This document shows, one piece after another, positions 9,372-18,782 of a stretch of DNA of 64,000 bases; positions within the stretch are counted from its first letter, which is position 1, and each line of letters begins with the position of its first letter. A program made the translations under genes and the position numbers. This DNA is from Patescibacteria group bacterium (GTDB lineage Bacteria > Patescibacteriota > Minisyncoccia > Phycocordibacterales > UBA2100): assembly GCA_038064835.1 (NCBI GenBank), contig JBBTSD010000011.1:1320-65319 (forward strand), given 5' to 3'. The notes below the pieces were generated by a model. It saw nothing but the letters and a program-made list of their open reading frames with translations. It was not told the origin of the DNA and made no database searches.

Positions 9372-10684
9372 TTATTTTAGAACTTTTGCCGCCTCTGAGA
9401 CAGCCTTTGCCGCATTATTTACAAGAGTTTGTATTGCTCGCAAATCCCCCTGACTTACACTTCCGCTTTTAAGAACATTGCTTAAACCATTTAATGTATC
9501 CATCATTTTTGTGAAATGCATCTTGCCACCAGTGGGTATATTCGTAATTATCTCGTTTCTGACAGCACCAAAAGTACCGCCTGAAATTTTGTCCGTCGTC
9601 TGATACGTATTATTGATAATATTAATAAGTTTTGGATTCGTCACTCCTTTCGAAATCTGATCTGCGTATCTTGCAGATTGTTGGCCGACAGTTCCGCAAA
9701 ACACTAAACATGCGGTACCCAAACCACCCGCATATTCCGTACTGAGATAAGTAAGGCCTGCTACACCTCCATATGCTACGGTCCCGGAACCCACTCCGAT
9801 TACCGCTCCAGTTGTATATGGATTATTCATTGCATAGTTCCAAGCGGGGCTTTGCTGACCAAGATAATTTGCTGCTTCCCCGACTTCTCCATAGAAGCTC
9901 GAGAATGATTGTTGCCCTGTTAGAACTTCTTTATACCAGCGGCCATTTGGATCATTCTGAGTTATAGGATTATCGCCAGCATAGCTATATGAATTTTGAG
10001 ACTGTGGATTTAAGAGTGCGGCCTTGCCATCTCTTGTCTGCCCAATCTCCCAAAACACCGGATCCTGACTCACAAACTGACCTCTGTTGTTTTGGAGGTA
10101 TCGGTTATTGAGATAACTAAGATCAACCGGCGCATCATCATAGCGTTCGCCGATGAATGTGCGACTGACTGGTCCAGCTCCAGAGTCGATGCGCTCTTCG
10201 CCGTAGGGGTAATAGTCGAGGGTCTTTGTGAGAGCACCATTTGCATCGGTCGTCACATTGGTGGAGCCAAGGTGATCAGGGTGGATGTAGTATGTGCTGG
10301 TGGCAAGGCCGGTACTCTCGATGTATGCGGTGAGGGTGCCGTCGGGGAGATAGATGTAGGCGGTGGTGGTGGAGGGGGTAATCTCGAAGTACCTGTTGGG
10401 GTAGGTGGTGGTGGCGGTGCCGTTCCCCTTCGCTACTCTCTGCTCGGTGTGGTCGTATTGGAAGAAGGTGGTGGTGGTAGTTGCGACTTTGGTGAGGTGG
10501 TTCTTGTGGTCGTAGGTGTAGGTGGTGGAGAGGTATGAGGTGAGGTTGCCGTTTTCGTCGTAGGTGAGGGGGTTGCCGTCTATGGCAGTGGGGGCGTGGG
10601 GGTTGGCATAGCTGGTGTTTGCGTAGGTGTGAAAAAATGGTGTCAGGTACCTTTTTCCCCACGCTATTTCTTCTCCATGTCCCA
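9372..10684 (-). CDS. RHS repeat protein C-terminal fragment with variable toxin domain (5'-truncated)
   Basis: YD repeats (TYDENGNL, YTYDHKNHL, FQYDHTEQRV), a core-end motif (NRYLQNNRGQFVSQDP...YSYAGDNPITQNDPNGRW), then a ~180-aa C-terminal domain with a glycine-zipper-like segment. The track ORF extends to 10850 only by reading through REP1 and a palindrome. The real 5' end is uncertain and there is no N-terminal RHS region. Confidence 0.65.
10631..10660. repeat. REP family 1, copy d
   Basis: gaaaaaatggtgtcaggtacctttttcccc, a direct repeat of copy c; together they bracket the RHS-CT plus immunity pair. Confidence 0.7.
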
Positions 10685-10700
10685 TGCACGGTGATATGGA

Positions 10701-10747
10701 CAGTGCGCAGGGGGAGAACAAAGAAAGCGCGGCCTTGGGCCACGCTT
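10701..10747. repeat. 17-bp-stem palindrome ggagaacaaagaaagcg...cgctttctttgttctcc
   Basis: Perfect inverted repeat; its core is related to the terminator palindrome at 4057-4083. Confidence 0.7.
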
Positions 10748-10913
10748 TCTTTGTTCTCCCCATCACACAAGCAAGTGGGTGATAACCTGCGGAGACTGCG
10801 CAGGCGCACGAGCACGGTCCGCGCGAAGTAGCGGTCGTGCGCCGAGCCATGAGGGTCTGCCCGCTGGGGCAGAACCCGTGCTCCGCAGGTTACTCATCCG
10901 CGCGCGAAACCTT

Positions 10914-11075
10914 ATACCATCGACAAGTAAGGTCTGAACAAAAGTCGCAGAAAATTGTGGGTACGGCGAAGAAGAAAAAAGTGAGATATATCCGCAGATA
11001 CATTGAGCTTTTTTCTTCGAGTCGTAGCCATAATTTTCAAGACTTGGTGTTCAGAGATTAGTTGGAGATGGTATT
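10914..11075 (+). mobile_element. MITE-like structured repeat, copy 1 of 4 (~160 bp)
   Basis: ataccatcgacaagtaaggtctgaac...gttcagagattagttggagatggtat with nested inverted repeats. Near-identical copies lie at 31058, 34525 and 56721. Its 3' end overlaps the groEL stop codon. Confidence 0.8.
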
Positions 11076-12741
11076 ACATCATCCCGTCCATGTCTCCCCC
11101 GCCCATTCCCCCTCCGTGTCCATGACTTCCCTTCTTTTCGTCTTCAGGTTCGTCAGCGACAGCGGCTTCTGTGGTGAGGAGTACTGCTGCGGCAGAGGCT
11201 GCGTTTTCAACACCGCTGCGAGTAACTTTCACTGGATCGATAATGCCTGCTTCAAACATATCGACAATCTTTGGTTCCGCATCGTCACCCGACGCATCGT
11301 AGCCAAAGCTTGCGCCTTTTGCTGCGACGGCACGCACCACAGCGGTCACATCTTCGCGACCCGCGTTTGCGGCAATCTGCTTGAGTGGCGCATACAATGC
11401 CTGCACCAAAATGCGATAGCCGATGGTGTGCTCGTCATGCGCCTTTGGATCGATTTTCTTCGAGAGCTTCTCGGCAACCTTGACCAGCGCCGCGCCGCCT
11501 CCTGGCACGATACCTTCGGCAATAGCGGCCTTGGTCGCGTTCACGGCATCTTCAATTTTATCCTTGAGATACTTCATCTCGGTCTCGGTTGCGGCACCCA
11601 CACGGATGACCGCAACACCGCCAGAGAGCTTGGCGAGGCGCTCCTCAAGCTTCTCGCGATCGAATTTCGAATCAGTGTTTTCAATTTGTTTCTTGATTTG
11701 TCCGATGCGCGCTTCGATGTCGGCCTTCTTGCCCTTACCACCGACAATCACTGTGTTGTCTTTAGTCGCTACAACTCGTGTGGCCTTTCCAAGCATGTTC
11801 AGCTCAACCTTGTCGAGTTTGAGACCAACTTCTTCGGAAATAACCTGCGCACCGATAGTAGCGGCGATATCTGCAAGCATTTCTTTCTTGCGGTCACCGT
11901 ATCCTGGTGCCTTTACCGCGAGAACATTGAAGACTCCACGCAACTTGTTGACCACAAATGTGGCAAGCGCTTCACCTTCGACATCATCGGCAATAATCAC
12001 CAAATCTTTCTTGCCTGTCTGGAGCAATTTTTCGAGAAGCGGGACAATAGTCTGAACCGTCGCGATTTTTCCATCAGTGACGAGAATTGGCACATCCTTG
12101 AGCTCCGATTCCATGCGCTCGGGATTTGTCACCATGTACGCCGAGACAAAGCCGCGGTCGAATTCCATACCTTCGACAATCTCCTTTTCGATTCCCATGG
12201 TCTGCGACTCTTCGACAGTGACAACGCCATCCTTGCCAACCTTTTCGATAGTGTCGGCAATTGTCTCGCCCAACTCTGCAGATTCTGAAGAAATGGTAGC
12301 GACTTGACGGAACTCTGCCTTGCTCTTTACCTCTCGGGCCATTGTGCGAAGCGCTTCGACTGCATCTGCCGCGGCATCCTCTATCCCACGACGCACCATC
12401 ATCGCGTTTGCGCCCATCGCTGTGCGCTTGAGTCCTTCGGAAACGATTGCTTGCATCAGAACCACCGCCGTGGTGGTGCCATCACCTGCTTTGTCGTTCG
12501 TCTTGGTAGCAACTTCTTTCACCACTTCTGCACCCATGTTGGCAAAGCGATCCTTGAGAGAAATTTCTTTTGCAATAGATACACCGTCGTTTGTGATACG
12601 AGGGCCACCAAACGACTTGTCGAGTGCGACATTCCGTCCGCGGGGCCCCAGAGTGACGCGCACTGCGTTTGCAACGGTGTCTACACCGCGCTTGAGCGCC
12701 TCGCGCACATCCTGGCCGAACATAACTTGTTTTGATGCCAT
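11074..12741 (-). CDS. groEL: chaperonin GroEL
   Basis: 555 aa, MASKQVMFGQDVREALKRGVDTVANAVRVTLGPRGRNV..., C-terminal GGM-type tail. Confidence 0.97.
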   Translation of the reverse strand: MASKQVMFGQDVREALKRGVDTVANAVRVTLGPRGRNVALDKSFGGPRITNDGVSIAKEISLKDRFANMGAEVVKEVATKTNDKAGDGTTTAVVLMQAIVSEGLKRTAMGANAMMVRRGIEDAAADAVEALRTMAREVKSKAEFRQVATISSESAELGETIADTIEKVGKDGVVTVEESQTMGIEKEIVEGMEFDRGFVSAYMVTNPERMESELKDVPILVTDGKIATVQTIVPLLEKLLQTGKKDLVIIADDVEGEALATFVVNKLRGVFNVLAVKAPGYGDRKKEMLADIAATIGAQVISEEVGLKLDKVELNMLGKATRVVATKDNTVIVGGKGKKADIEARIGQIKKQIENTDSKFDREKLEERLAKLSGGVAVIRVGAATETEMKYLKDKIEDAVNATKAAIAEGIVPGGGAALVKVAEKLSKKIDPKAHDEHTIGYRILVQALYAPLKQIAANAGREDVTAVVRAVAAKGASFGYDASGDDAEPKIVDMFEAGIIDPVKVTRSGVENAASAAAVLLTTEAAVADEPEDEKKGSHGHGGGMGGGDMDGMM

Positions 12742-12768
12742 AGATTGAGAAAATTTAATTTTTAAAGG

Positions 12769-13116
12769 CTACTTGATGATGGCGAGAATGTTTGCCTCGG
12801 CGACGATGTAATAGTCCTCGTCATTGATCTTTATTTCGTCGAACCCATATTTACTGAACATAATCGTATCGCCCACCTTGACGCGAACCGGCACGAGCTC
12901 ACCCTTGTCTGTGCGCTTGCCTTCGCCTACCGCAATTACCTCGCCTCGCTCTGGCTTCTCTTTGCGGGCAGTGTCGGGGATGATAATGCCACCAGCAGAG
13001 CGCTCGTCAGTTGCATCTTCCGGCTTGACGAGTACACGATCTCCCATTGGGAAAACATCAATCTTCTTTTCCGTTTTCTTGTCTTCACCCTTTCCGGTCT
13101 TGTTCGTTTTTGCCAT
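12769..13116 (-). CDS. groES: co-chaperonin GroES (Lys-rich N-terminal extension)
   Basis: PMGDRVLVKP...GGIIIPDTA...GEVIAVGEG motifs, located 27 nt upstream of groEL. Confidence 0.93.
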   Translation of the reverse strand: MAKTNKTGKGEDKKTEKKIDVFPMGDRVLVKPEDATDERSAGGIIIPDTARKEKPERGEVIAVGEGKRTDKGELVPVRVKVGDTIMFSKYGFDEIKINDEDYYIVAEANILAIIK

Positions 13117-13185
13117 ATATACACTGACGATTACATTTATTTTTTGCTAATAACACTGTGGGCGGTTTCCCGCAACGCGTGCGGA

Positions 13186-13215
13186 TTATATGGTGCACAG
13201 TCAGGTAGTGTCAAT
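13186..13215 (-). promoter_or_regulatory. candidate sigma70 promoter for groES-groEL (TTGACA-18-TATAAT on minus strand)
   Basis: Minus strand reads ttgacactacctgactgtgcaccatataat. No canonical CIRCE (TTAGCACTC-N9-GAGTGCTAA) was found. Confidence 0.4.
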
Positions 13216-13272
13216 GCGTTGTGCTATATGCGTCCCCACCACGACACGCAACTTCTCGCAGCTACTATCGAG

Positions 13273-13359
13273 GAACCACTGGAGATAAGGTTTCTGGAGT
13301 GCACTCCAAGGCCGTTAGGCCGGTCTTACACTCCAGAAACCTTATCTCCAGTGGTTCCC
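13273..13359. repeat. Palindromic element B (same family as A), centred on the perfect palindrome ctggagtgcactccag
   Basis: Arms ggaaccactggagataaggtttctggagtg / revcomp. The interior equals the arm-proximal segments of element A in inverted orientation. Lies in the divergent groES / secG intergenic region. Confidence 0.8.
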
Positions 13360-13414
13360 TACTCGGGACATGAGGGGTTACCGCGACAGTACATGCTTTA
13401 GGCTGGTTGACACA

Positions 13415-13443
13415 TTGATTACCGTCCCCAACCCTGCTATACT
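13415..13443 (+). promoter_or_regulatory. TTGATT-17-TATACT promoter ending 7 nt before the secG ATG (possible leaderless mRNA)
   Basis: ttgatt at 13415-13420 and tatact at 13438-13443. The ATG is at 13451 with no room for an SD. Confidence 0.35.
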
Positions 13444-13450
13444 CTTCCCG

Positions 13451-13684
13451 ATGGAATTACTGGCGACATACTTGCCATACATACAGATAGCCCTTTCGGC
13501 GCTTCTTATGGTTACCATACTCCTTCAGCGCACCGGGGCCTCTATGGGTGGTGCATTTGGAGCAGACAACTTCAGTTCAGGATTCCACACCCGTCGCGGT
13601 ATCGAGCGCACGCTCTTTAACGCCACTATCGTCATTGGTATACTTTTTGCACTGTCGGCAGTTCTCTCCTTGTTTATCAAGTAG
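13451..13684 (+). CDS. secG: preprotein translocase subunit SecG
   Basis: 77 aa: LLMVTILLQRTGASMGGAFGADNFSSGFHTRRGIERTLFNATIVIGILFALSAVL, a two-TM protein with the LLQxGKG..G..FG pattern. The track ORF starts further upstream at 13370. Confidence 0.7.
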   Translation: MELLATYLPYIQIALSALLMVTILLQRTGASMGGAFGADNFSSGFHTRRGIERTLFNATIVIGILFALSAVLSLFIK

Positions 13685-13707
13685 CGCTCGCAGCCCGCAA
13701 CCCGCGC

Positions 13708-15501
13708 ATGATGCGCCCCGCCATGGAACCATCCCCTAGTAATCCACAATTTAATGCCTCACTCGAAACCACCTCTACATCAGGGGGGTCGCTTCATACA
13801 CATCACACGCTTCCCGGGTTGAGTTTTTTGGAGAAGTTACTCCGTTATTTTTCACCATTCGAGCGCGTCCTCCTGTATGGATTCTCACTCCTTCTTGCTG
13901 TGAGCACCTTTTTTCTGGTGGTGAACATGAATACACTTTTAACGAGTGATGTACCAGCGCCCGGCGGTACCTATACCGAAGGAATCGTCGGAACGCCACG
14001 ATTCGTCAACCCACTACTCGCCACATCCGATGCTGACCGTGATATTGTCGCCCTCACCTATTCAGGTCTCATGCGCGCGACGCCAGATGACACATTCATT
14101 CCCGATCTTGCTGAACATGTCGACATTAGTGAAGACGGCATGAGCTATACCTTTACTCTGCGTCCAGATGCGGTATTCCACGACGGCACACCAGTCACCG
14201 CGCGCGATGTGGTCTTTACCGTCGCCCTTGCGCAAAGTCCCGACACCAAGAGTCCTCGTCGACCTGATTGGGAAGGTGTCACCGTCGAGGCGCCCGACGA
14301 CCGCACTGTGCACATTACTCTGCCACATCCCTATGCTCCATTTATTGAAACGGCGACTCTGGGTATCTTGCCAGCGCATCTTTGGCAGAATGTAGCCCCA
14401 ACTGATTTTCCATTCCACGCACTCAACACAAATCCTATCGGCAGTGGTCCCTATGCAGTCGATCGCGTTCGCATCGACTCATCGGGCACACCCACGCGAA
14501 TGTCGTTGAAAGCATCGAAGACATTTACACTCGGTAAACCATTCATCACCACTATTATTCTAGATTTTTATCCAAACGCTGATGAATTGATTCGGGCAAT
14601 CACCAACGGTTCTGTCGAAGGCGCTGGCGGTGTTGCCACCGCCCGCATTTCAGAAATCACGCCCTATACTGCCCTCCTCCGTTCATCACTGCCGCGTATC
14701 TTTGCTCTCTTTTTGAATCCAGATAAAGCAACAATTTTTGCAGATGCGCCCATCCGCAGTGCGCTCGAACAATCAGTCGACCGCGGAGCATTGGTGAACG
14801 ACAACCTCAATGGGTATGGCGTATCGGTCAAAGGACCAGTCATCCCCGCATCAGTAGACAAAAATACAGGATCCACAACACCCCTCACCGGATTCGACCC
14901 CGCCGCCGCTCGCGCCAAGCTCGAGGCGGCGGGCTGGAAACCCGACGAAACAGGTCTTCTCAAGAAAAAAGGTGCATCTCTTGAGTTCTCGATTTCCACC
15001 AGTGATGCCCCCGAGCTTGCTGGTGTTGCCGACTCTCTCGCCCGCTCATGGCGTTCGATCGGTGCTGATGTACATGTGAAAGTATTCAGTGCAAGCGACC
15101 TCACCAATGCTGTTATTCGTCCTCGCGACTACCAAGCTCTTTTGTTTGGCGAAGTCATCGGGCGCAACTATGATTTGTACCCATTCTGGCACTCGTCCCA
15201 ACGGAACGACCCGGGGCTCAACCTGTCCTTGTATGCGAATGCAAAGGCTGATAAGCTACTCAGTGAGATTCGGAAAGAGAGCAATCGTCGCGCTCGCGCT
15301 ACCCTTGTCGAAGAATTTGTCGCGATTGTTGCAGAAGATAAGCCGGCAATCTTCCTCTTTGCTCCCGAGTTTGTCTACGCGCTTCCACATGACATGATGG
15401 GTGTCCGCTTAGGATCTCTTGGCACCCCATCGGAACGATTCGGTAATGTCTATGAATGGTACCGCAAGACAGAACGCGTGTGGGACATCTTCATAAAGTA
15501 G
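13708..15501 (+). CDS. ABC transporter substrate-binding protein, family 5 (oligopeptide/nickel type), membrane-anchored
   Basis: N-terminal TM anchor then an SBP_bac_5-like domain (TYTEGIVGTPRFVNPLLA...DGTPVTARDVVFT...). Confidence 0.8.
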   Translation: MMRPAMEPSPSNPQFNASLETTSTSGGSLHTHHTLPGLSFLEKLLRYFSPFERVLLYGFSLLLAVSTFFLVVNMNTLLTSDVPAPGGTYTEGIVGTPRFVNPLLATSDADRDIVALTYSGLMRATPDDTFIPDLAEHVDISEDGMSYTFTLRPDAVFHDGTPVTARDVVFTVALAQSPDTKSPRRPDWEGVTVEAPDDRTVHITLPHPYAPFIETATLGILPAHLWQNVAPTDFPFHALNTNPIGSGPYAVDRVRIDSSGTPTRMSLKASKTFTLGKPFITTIILDFYPNADELIRAITNGSVEGAGGVATARISEITPYTALLRSSLPRIFALFLNPDKATIFADAPIRSALEQSVDRGALVNDNLNGYGVSVKGPVIPASVDKNTGSTTPLTGFDPAAARAKLEAAGWKPDETGLLKKKGASLEFSISTSDAPELAGVADSLARSWRSIGADVHVKVFSASDLTNAVIRPRDYQALLFGEVIGRNYDLYPFWHSSQRNDPGLNLSLYANAKADKLLSEIRKESNRRARATLVEEFVAIVAEDKPAIFLFAPEFVYALPHDMMGVRLGSLGTPSERFGNVYEWYRKTERVWDIFIK

Positions 15502-15626
15502 ATGGAACATCTCTGCGTCTTCGCTCGGAGGAAATGAAAGTCCATTTCGATTCCTTTCATTTCACTCCTCGCTAGCCGCAGTAATTATTAATTATTAGCA
15601 CTAGTCATTCGCACCAAGACATTGAT

Positions 15627-17486
15627 ATGACCCCACCGAAAAGCAGTGGCGCTCCTACACATCATGGAGGCCCGCGTCGCACAGGTAAACCAGGAGGAAG
15701 CCGTTTTCGTGGTGCCCCTCGTGGCCGCCGCCCAAACAAAATGGGTCCACTTCGCACTATCACCTCGTCCAACCCACACAAGAAGCATACGATTGTTCCC
15801 CCTCTCTTGCCTGGCAATATACGCATCATCCCTCTGGGAGGCGTCGAGGAAATCGGACGCAACATGACCGCAATTGAAATGGGTGACGACATCATCGTTG
15901 TTGATTGTGGCTTTGGATTCGGTAGCGAAAGCGACACACCAGGCGTTGATTACATACTCCCCAACACCGAATATCTTGAGGAGCACCGCGCCAAAATCCG
16001 TGCGATGGTTATCACGCACGGCCACCTTGATCACATTGGCGGTATCCCTTATATCATCGACCGTATCGGCAACCCTGCAATCTATACCCGCAAACTCACG
16101 GGCATGATGATTAAGAAGCGTCACGAAGAATTCGCACATCTCCCCACTGCAAACATCCGTGATGTTGAGAAAGACGAAAAAGTGCAAGTCGGAAACATGG
16201 TCATTCGTTTCTTCGCCGTGACCCACACCATTCCCGATTCGATGGGTGTCATTATTGAAACTCCATACGGTGATGTAGTAGTTACCGGCGATGTGAAGTT
16301 AGACCAGATGAATGGTGTGCCCAGTGATGAAGAGGCTCGGGAGTATGGGATTTTTAAAGATCGTAAAGTCCTTGTCCTTTTGATGGACTCGACCAATGTG
16401 GACAAGCCGGGATGGTCTATCTCGGAGCGCATCGTACATCAGACTCTTGAAGATCTAATTGTGCAGACCAAGGGTCGTGTGATTGTGGGGACATTTGCCT
16501 CGCAACTAGAACGCTTGATGAAAGTCGTACGCGTCGCAGAGGCTCACGGCAAAAAGATTGTCGTTGACGGTCGTAGTATGAAGACCAACATCGAAATTGT
16601 TCGCGAGCTCGGTATTCTCAAACACAAAGACGAAACCATTGTCCCTGTCGAACAAATGAAAGATTACCCGCCCGAGAAGCTCATCATCCTCGCAACAGGT
16701 GCCCAGGGCGACGAGTTCGCATCGCTGATGCGAATCGGGAACAAGACGCACAAATACATCACACTCACACCACGCGACACCGTAATTCTTTCGTCGTCTA
16801 TTATTCCCGGCAACGAACGCGCGGTGCAAAAATTGATGGACAGCCTTTCGCGACAAGGAGCCCACATCATCACCTATCAATCAAGTGATGTGCACACATC
16901 CGGCCACGGCTATCGCGAGGAGGCAAAGTGGATTCACCAGCAAGTGCGCCCAAAGTTCTTCATCCCCCAACACGGGTACCATTACAAACTCCGTATTCAT
17001 GCTGATTTGATGCGTGAGTCACTAGCGCTTGCCGACGACCATATTGTCGTCCCCGACAACAGCTCGGTTATTGAGGTGCAGGAAGAAGGGACCAAGCTCG
17101 TAAAACTGCGGGAAAAAGCACCAGACAGCATTCGTGTTGTCGAAGGACAATCTATTGGCGAGCTTTCCGATGTATTGATGCGTGACCGCAAGACACTTGC
17201 CGAGGAAGGTTTCTGCGTCGTGGTCGCCACCGTCGATCGTCGCACGGGTCGTCTCCACAAATCACCCGACATCATTTCTCGTGGGTTTGTATATCTGCGC
17301 GACAACCGCGATCTGATGGATCAAACCCGTCTCATCGTACGCAAGAGCGTCGAAGGGGCGCTCCGTCCACCAAAGACAAACGATCTCGACCAAGCGCGAG
17401 AAGATCTTTCCGAGACTGTCGCCCGCTTCCTCCTCCAACAAACAAACAAACGCCCGATTGTGATTCCTGTCATCGTGAGTATCTAG
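15627..17486 (+). CDS. rnj: ribonuclease J (metallo-beta-lactamase/beta-CASP) with basic N-terminal extension
   Basis: IPLGGVEEIGRNMTAIE...VITHGHLDHIGGIPYI, beta-CASP and C-terminal domains. A hairpin terminator lies upstream at 15530-15572. Confidence 0.85.
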   Translation: MTPPKSSGAPTHHGGPRRTGKPGGSRFRGAPRGRRPNKMGPLRTITSSNPHKKHTIVPPLLPGNIRIIPLGGVEEIGRNMTAIEMGDDIIVVDCGFGFGSESDTPGVDYILPNTEYLEEHRAKIRAMVITHGHLDHIGGIPYIIDRIGNPAIYTRKLTGMMIKKRHEEFAHLPTANIRDVEKDEKVQVGNMVIRFFAVTHTIPDSMGVIIETPYGDVVVTGDVKLDQMNGVPSDEEAREYGIFKDRKVLVLLMDSTNVDKPGWSISERIVHQTLEDLIVQTKGRVIVGTFASQLERLMKVVRVAEAHGKKIVVDGRSMKTNIEIVRELGILKHKDETIVPVEQMKDYPPEKLIILATGAQGDEFASLMRIGNKTHKYITLTPRDTVILSSSIIPGNERAVQKLMDSLSRQGAHIITYQSSDVHTSGHGYREEAKWIHQQVRPKFFIPQHGYHYKLRIHADLMRESLALADDHIVVPDNSSVIEVQEEGTKLVKLREKAPDSIRVVEGQSIGELSDVLMRDRKTLAEEGFCVVVATVDRRTGRLHKSPDIISRGFVYLRDNRDLMDQTRLIVRKSVEGALRPPKTNDLDQAREDLSETVARFLLQQTNKRPIVIPVIVSI

Positions 17487-17508
17487 TGCTCCAAGCACAC
17501 CGTGGAAC

Positions 17509-18702
17509 TTGCAGTATACTGCCCCCATGCACGAAGCCCGTATACGCACCCCGGGACTGCGCAGATTCACCCCCCTCTTCTTTACCGGTTTTCTTTTTGC
17601 GCTCTTTACCGCCCTCTCGTCGTTCTACAATGCCAGCCTCCTTGCTAATCGTGGTGCAAGCGCCGAACAAATTGGAGTTGTGTATCTGACTGCTTCTCTC
17701 GTAGCGATAGTGCTTTTTTTCGCTCTCCCCGCCGCACTCGAACGATTCGGTAATCGCGTCCTCACTATCTGCGCCGGCTGTAGTATGGCGCTTTCCGTAT
17801 TTGCATTGATCTTTACCCGCGATCCGTTTATTTCCACCCTCTTGCTTGCACTGTTTCTCGCACTCCAAATGAACACCTATTCGCTCCTCGACATTTTCCT
17901 CGAGCGCACGGTCGGTACAAACGAGGCGGTCACCGGGCGCGTGCGCGGGCTTTTCCTTGCTATTGCAAACAGTGCCTTTATTGTCGCGCCATTTTTTGCC
18001 GGACTACTTATTGCTCGTGGTTCTTTTGAGCTTCTCTATATATGTGTCACCGGTGCAATCGTGGCATTCACCACAGCAGTATTTTTTTCGTCTCGGCACT
18101 TTACCGATCCAAAATATCCGCATGTACATTTTGTCACGCTATGGCACGCGCTCACACAAAGCTCGTTCCTAAGAAATGCATTGAGCATTCAATTACTCCT
18201 GCGTTTTTTGTATGCGGTCACCATGGTATATATGATTGTCTATTTTCATAGTGTCCTGGGCCTGTCGCTTAGCCTCATCGGTGCCATCGTCTCTATCGGC
18301 CTCATACCATTTCTCCTCGTACAACTCCCCCTCGGTCTCTTGGGGGACAGAAAATTACCTCAGCGACAACTACTCTGTGCCGGATTTTTTATTGTGGGCA
18401 TAACCACTATCACATTCGTGCTGGTGCCACCGCATGCCCCGATACTTCTTGCACTAGTGTATTTTATCTCAAACATCGGGGCGGCAATTATAGAAGTGCT
18501 GAGCGAGATATATTTCTTTACACATGTACGCGGAAACAACGATGTTGAGATTGCAGCATTTCGTATCCTCACCCCTTTTTCATACCTCCTTGCCCCCTTG
18601 TGCGGAACACTGATTCTTATGTTTGCTCCGCTCAGCACTATATTTTTTTTCCTAGGATTCTTGATGTTTATAGGTATTCCACTTGCCTACCGCATCCGCT
18701 AA
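17509..18702 (+). CDS. MFS transporter
   Basis: About 12 predicted TM segments in 2x6 MFS organisation. Confidence 0.7.
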   Translation: MQYTAPMHEARIRTPGLRRFTPLFFTGFLFALFTALSSFYNASLLANRGASAEQIGVVYLTASLVAIVLFFALPAALERFGNRVLTICAGCSMALSVFALIFTRDPFISTLLLALFLALQMNTYSLLDIFLERTVGTNEAVTGRVRGLFLAIANSAFIVAPFFAGLLIARGSFELLYICVTGAIVAFTTAVFFSSRHFTDPKYPHVHFVTLWHALTQSSFLRNALSIQLLLRFLYAVTMVYMIVYFHSVLGLSLSLIGAIVSIGLIPFLLVQLPLGLLGDRKLPQRQLLCAGFFIVGITTITFVLVPPHAPILLALVYFISNIGAAIIEVLSEIYFFTHVRGNNDVEIAAFRILTPFSYLLAPLCGTLILMFAPLSTIFFFLGFLMFIGIPLAYRIR

Positions 18703-18782
18703 TCACTGTAAACACATAACCCCCGAACAGTACCGGGGGTTACAAACAGCTATTCTGCCACGCACGCGGTACGAACATCGCC

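Noticed and set aside
10092-10538. 148-aa Gly-rich plus-strand ORF
   Set aside because: It is antisense to the RHS YD-repeat region and is low-complexity poly-G translation.
10685-10850. N-terminal 55 codons of the RHS track ORF (MARRTTATSRGP...)
   Set aside because: They read through the 17-bp-stem palindrome and REP1 copy d and are low-complexity, so likely non-coding. The coding region is taken from 10684 downward.
11062-12288. 408-aa and 210-aa plus-strand ORFs inside groEL
   Set aside because: They are antisense to an unambiguous GroEL coding sequence.
13117-13450. CIRCE / HrcA operator upstream of groES
   Set aside because: No TTAGCACTC-N9-GAGTGCTAA match. Only a different palindrome (CTGGAGTGCACTCCAG) is present, which is reported separately.
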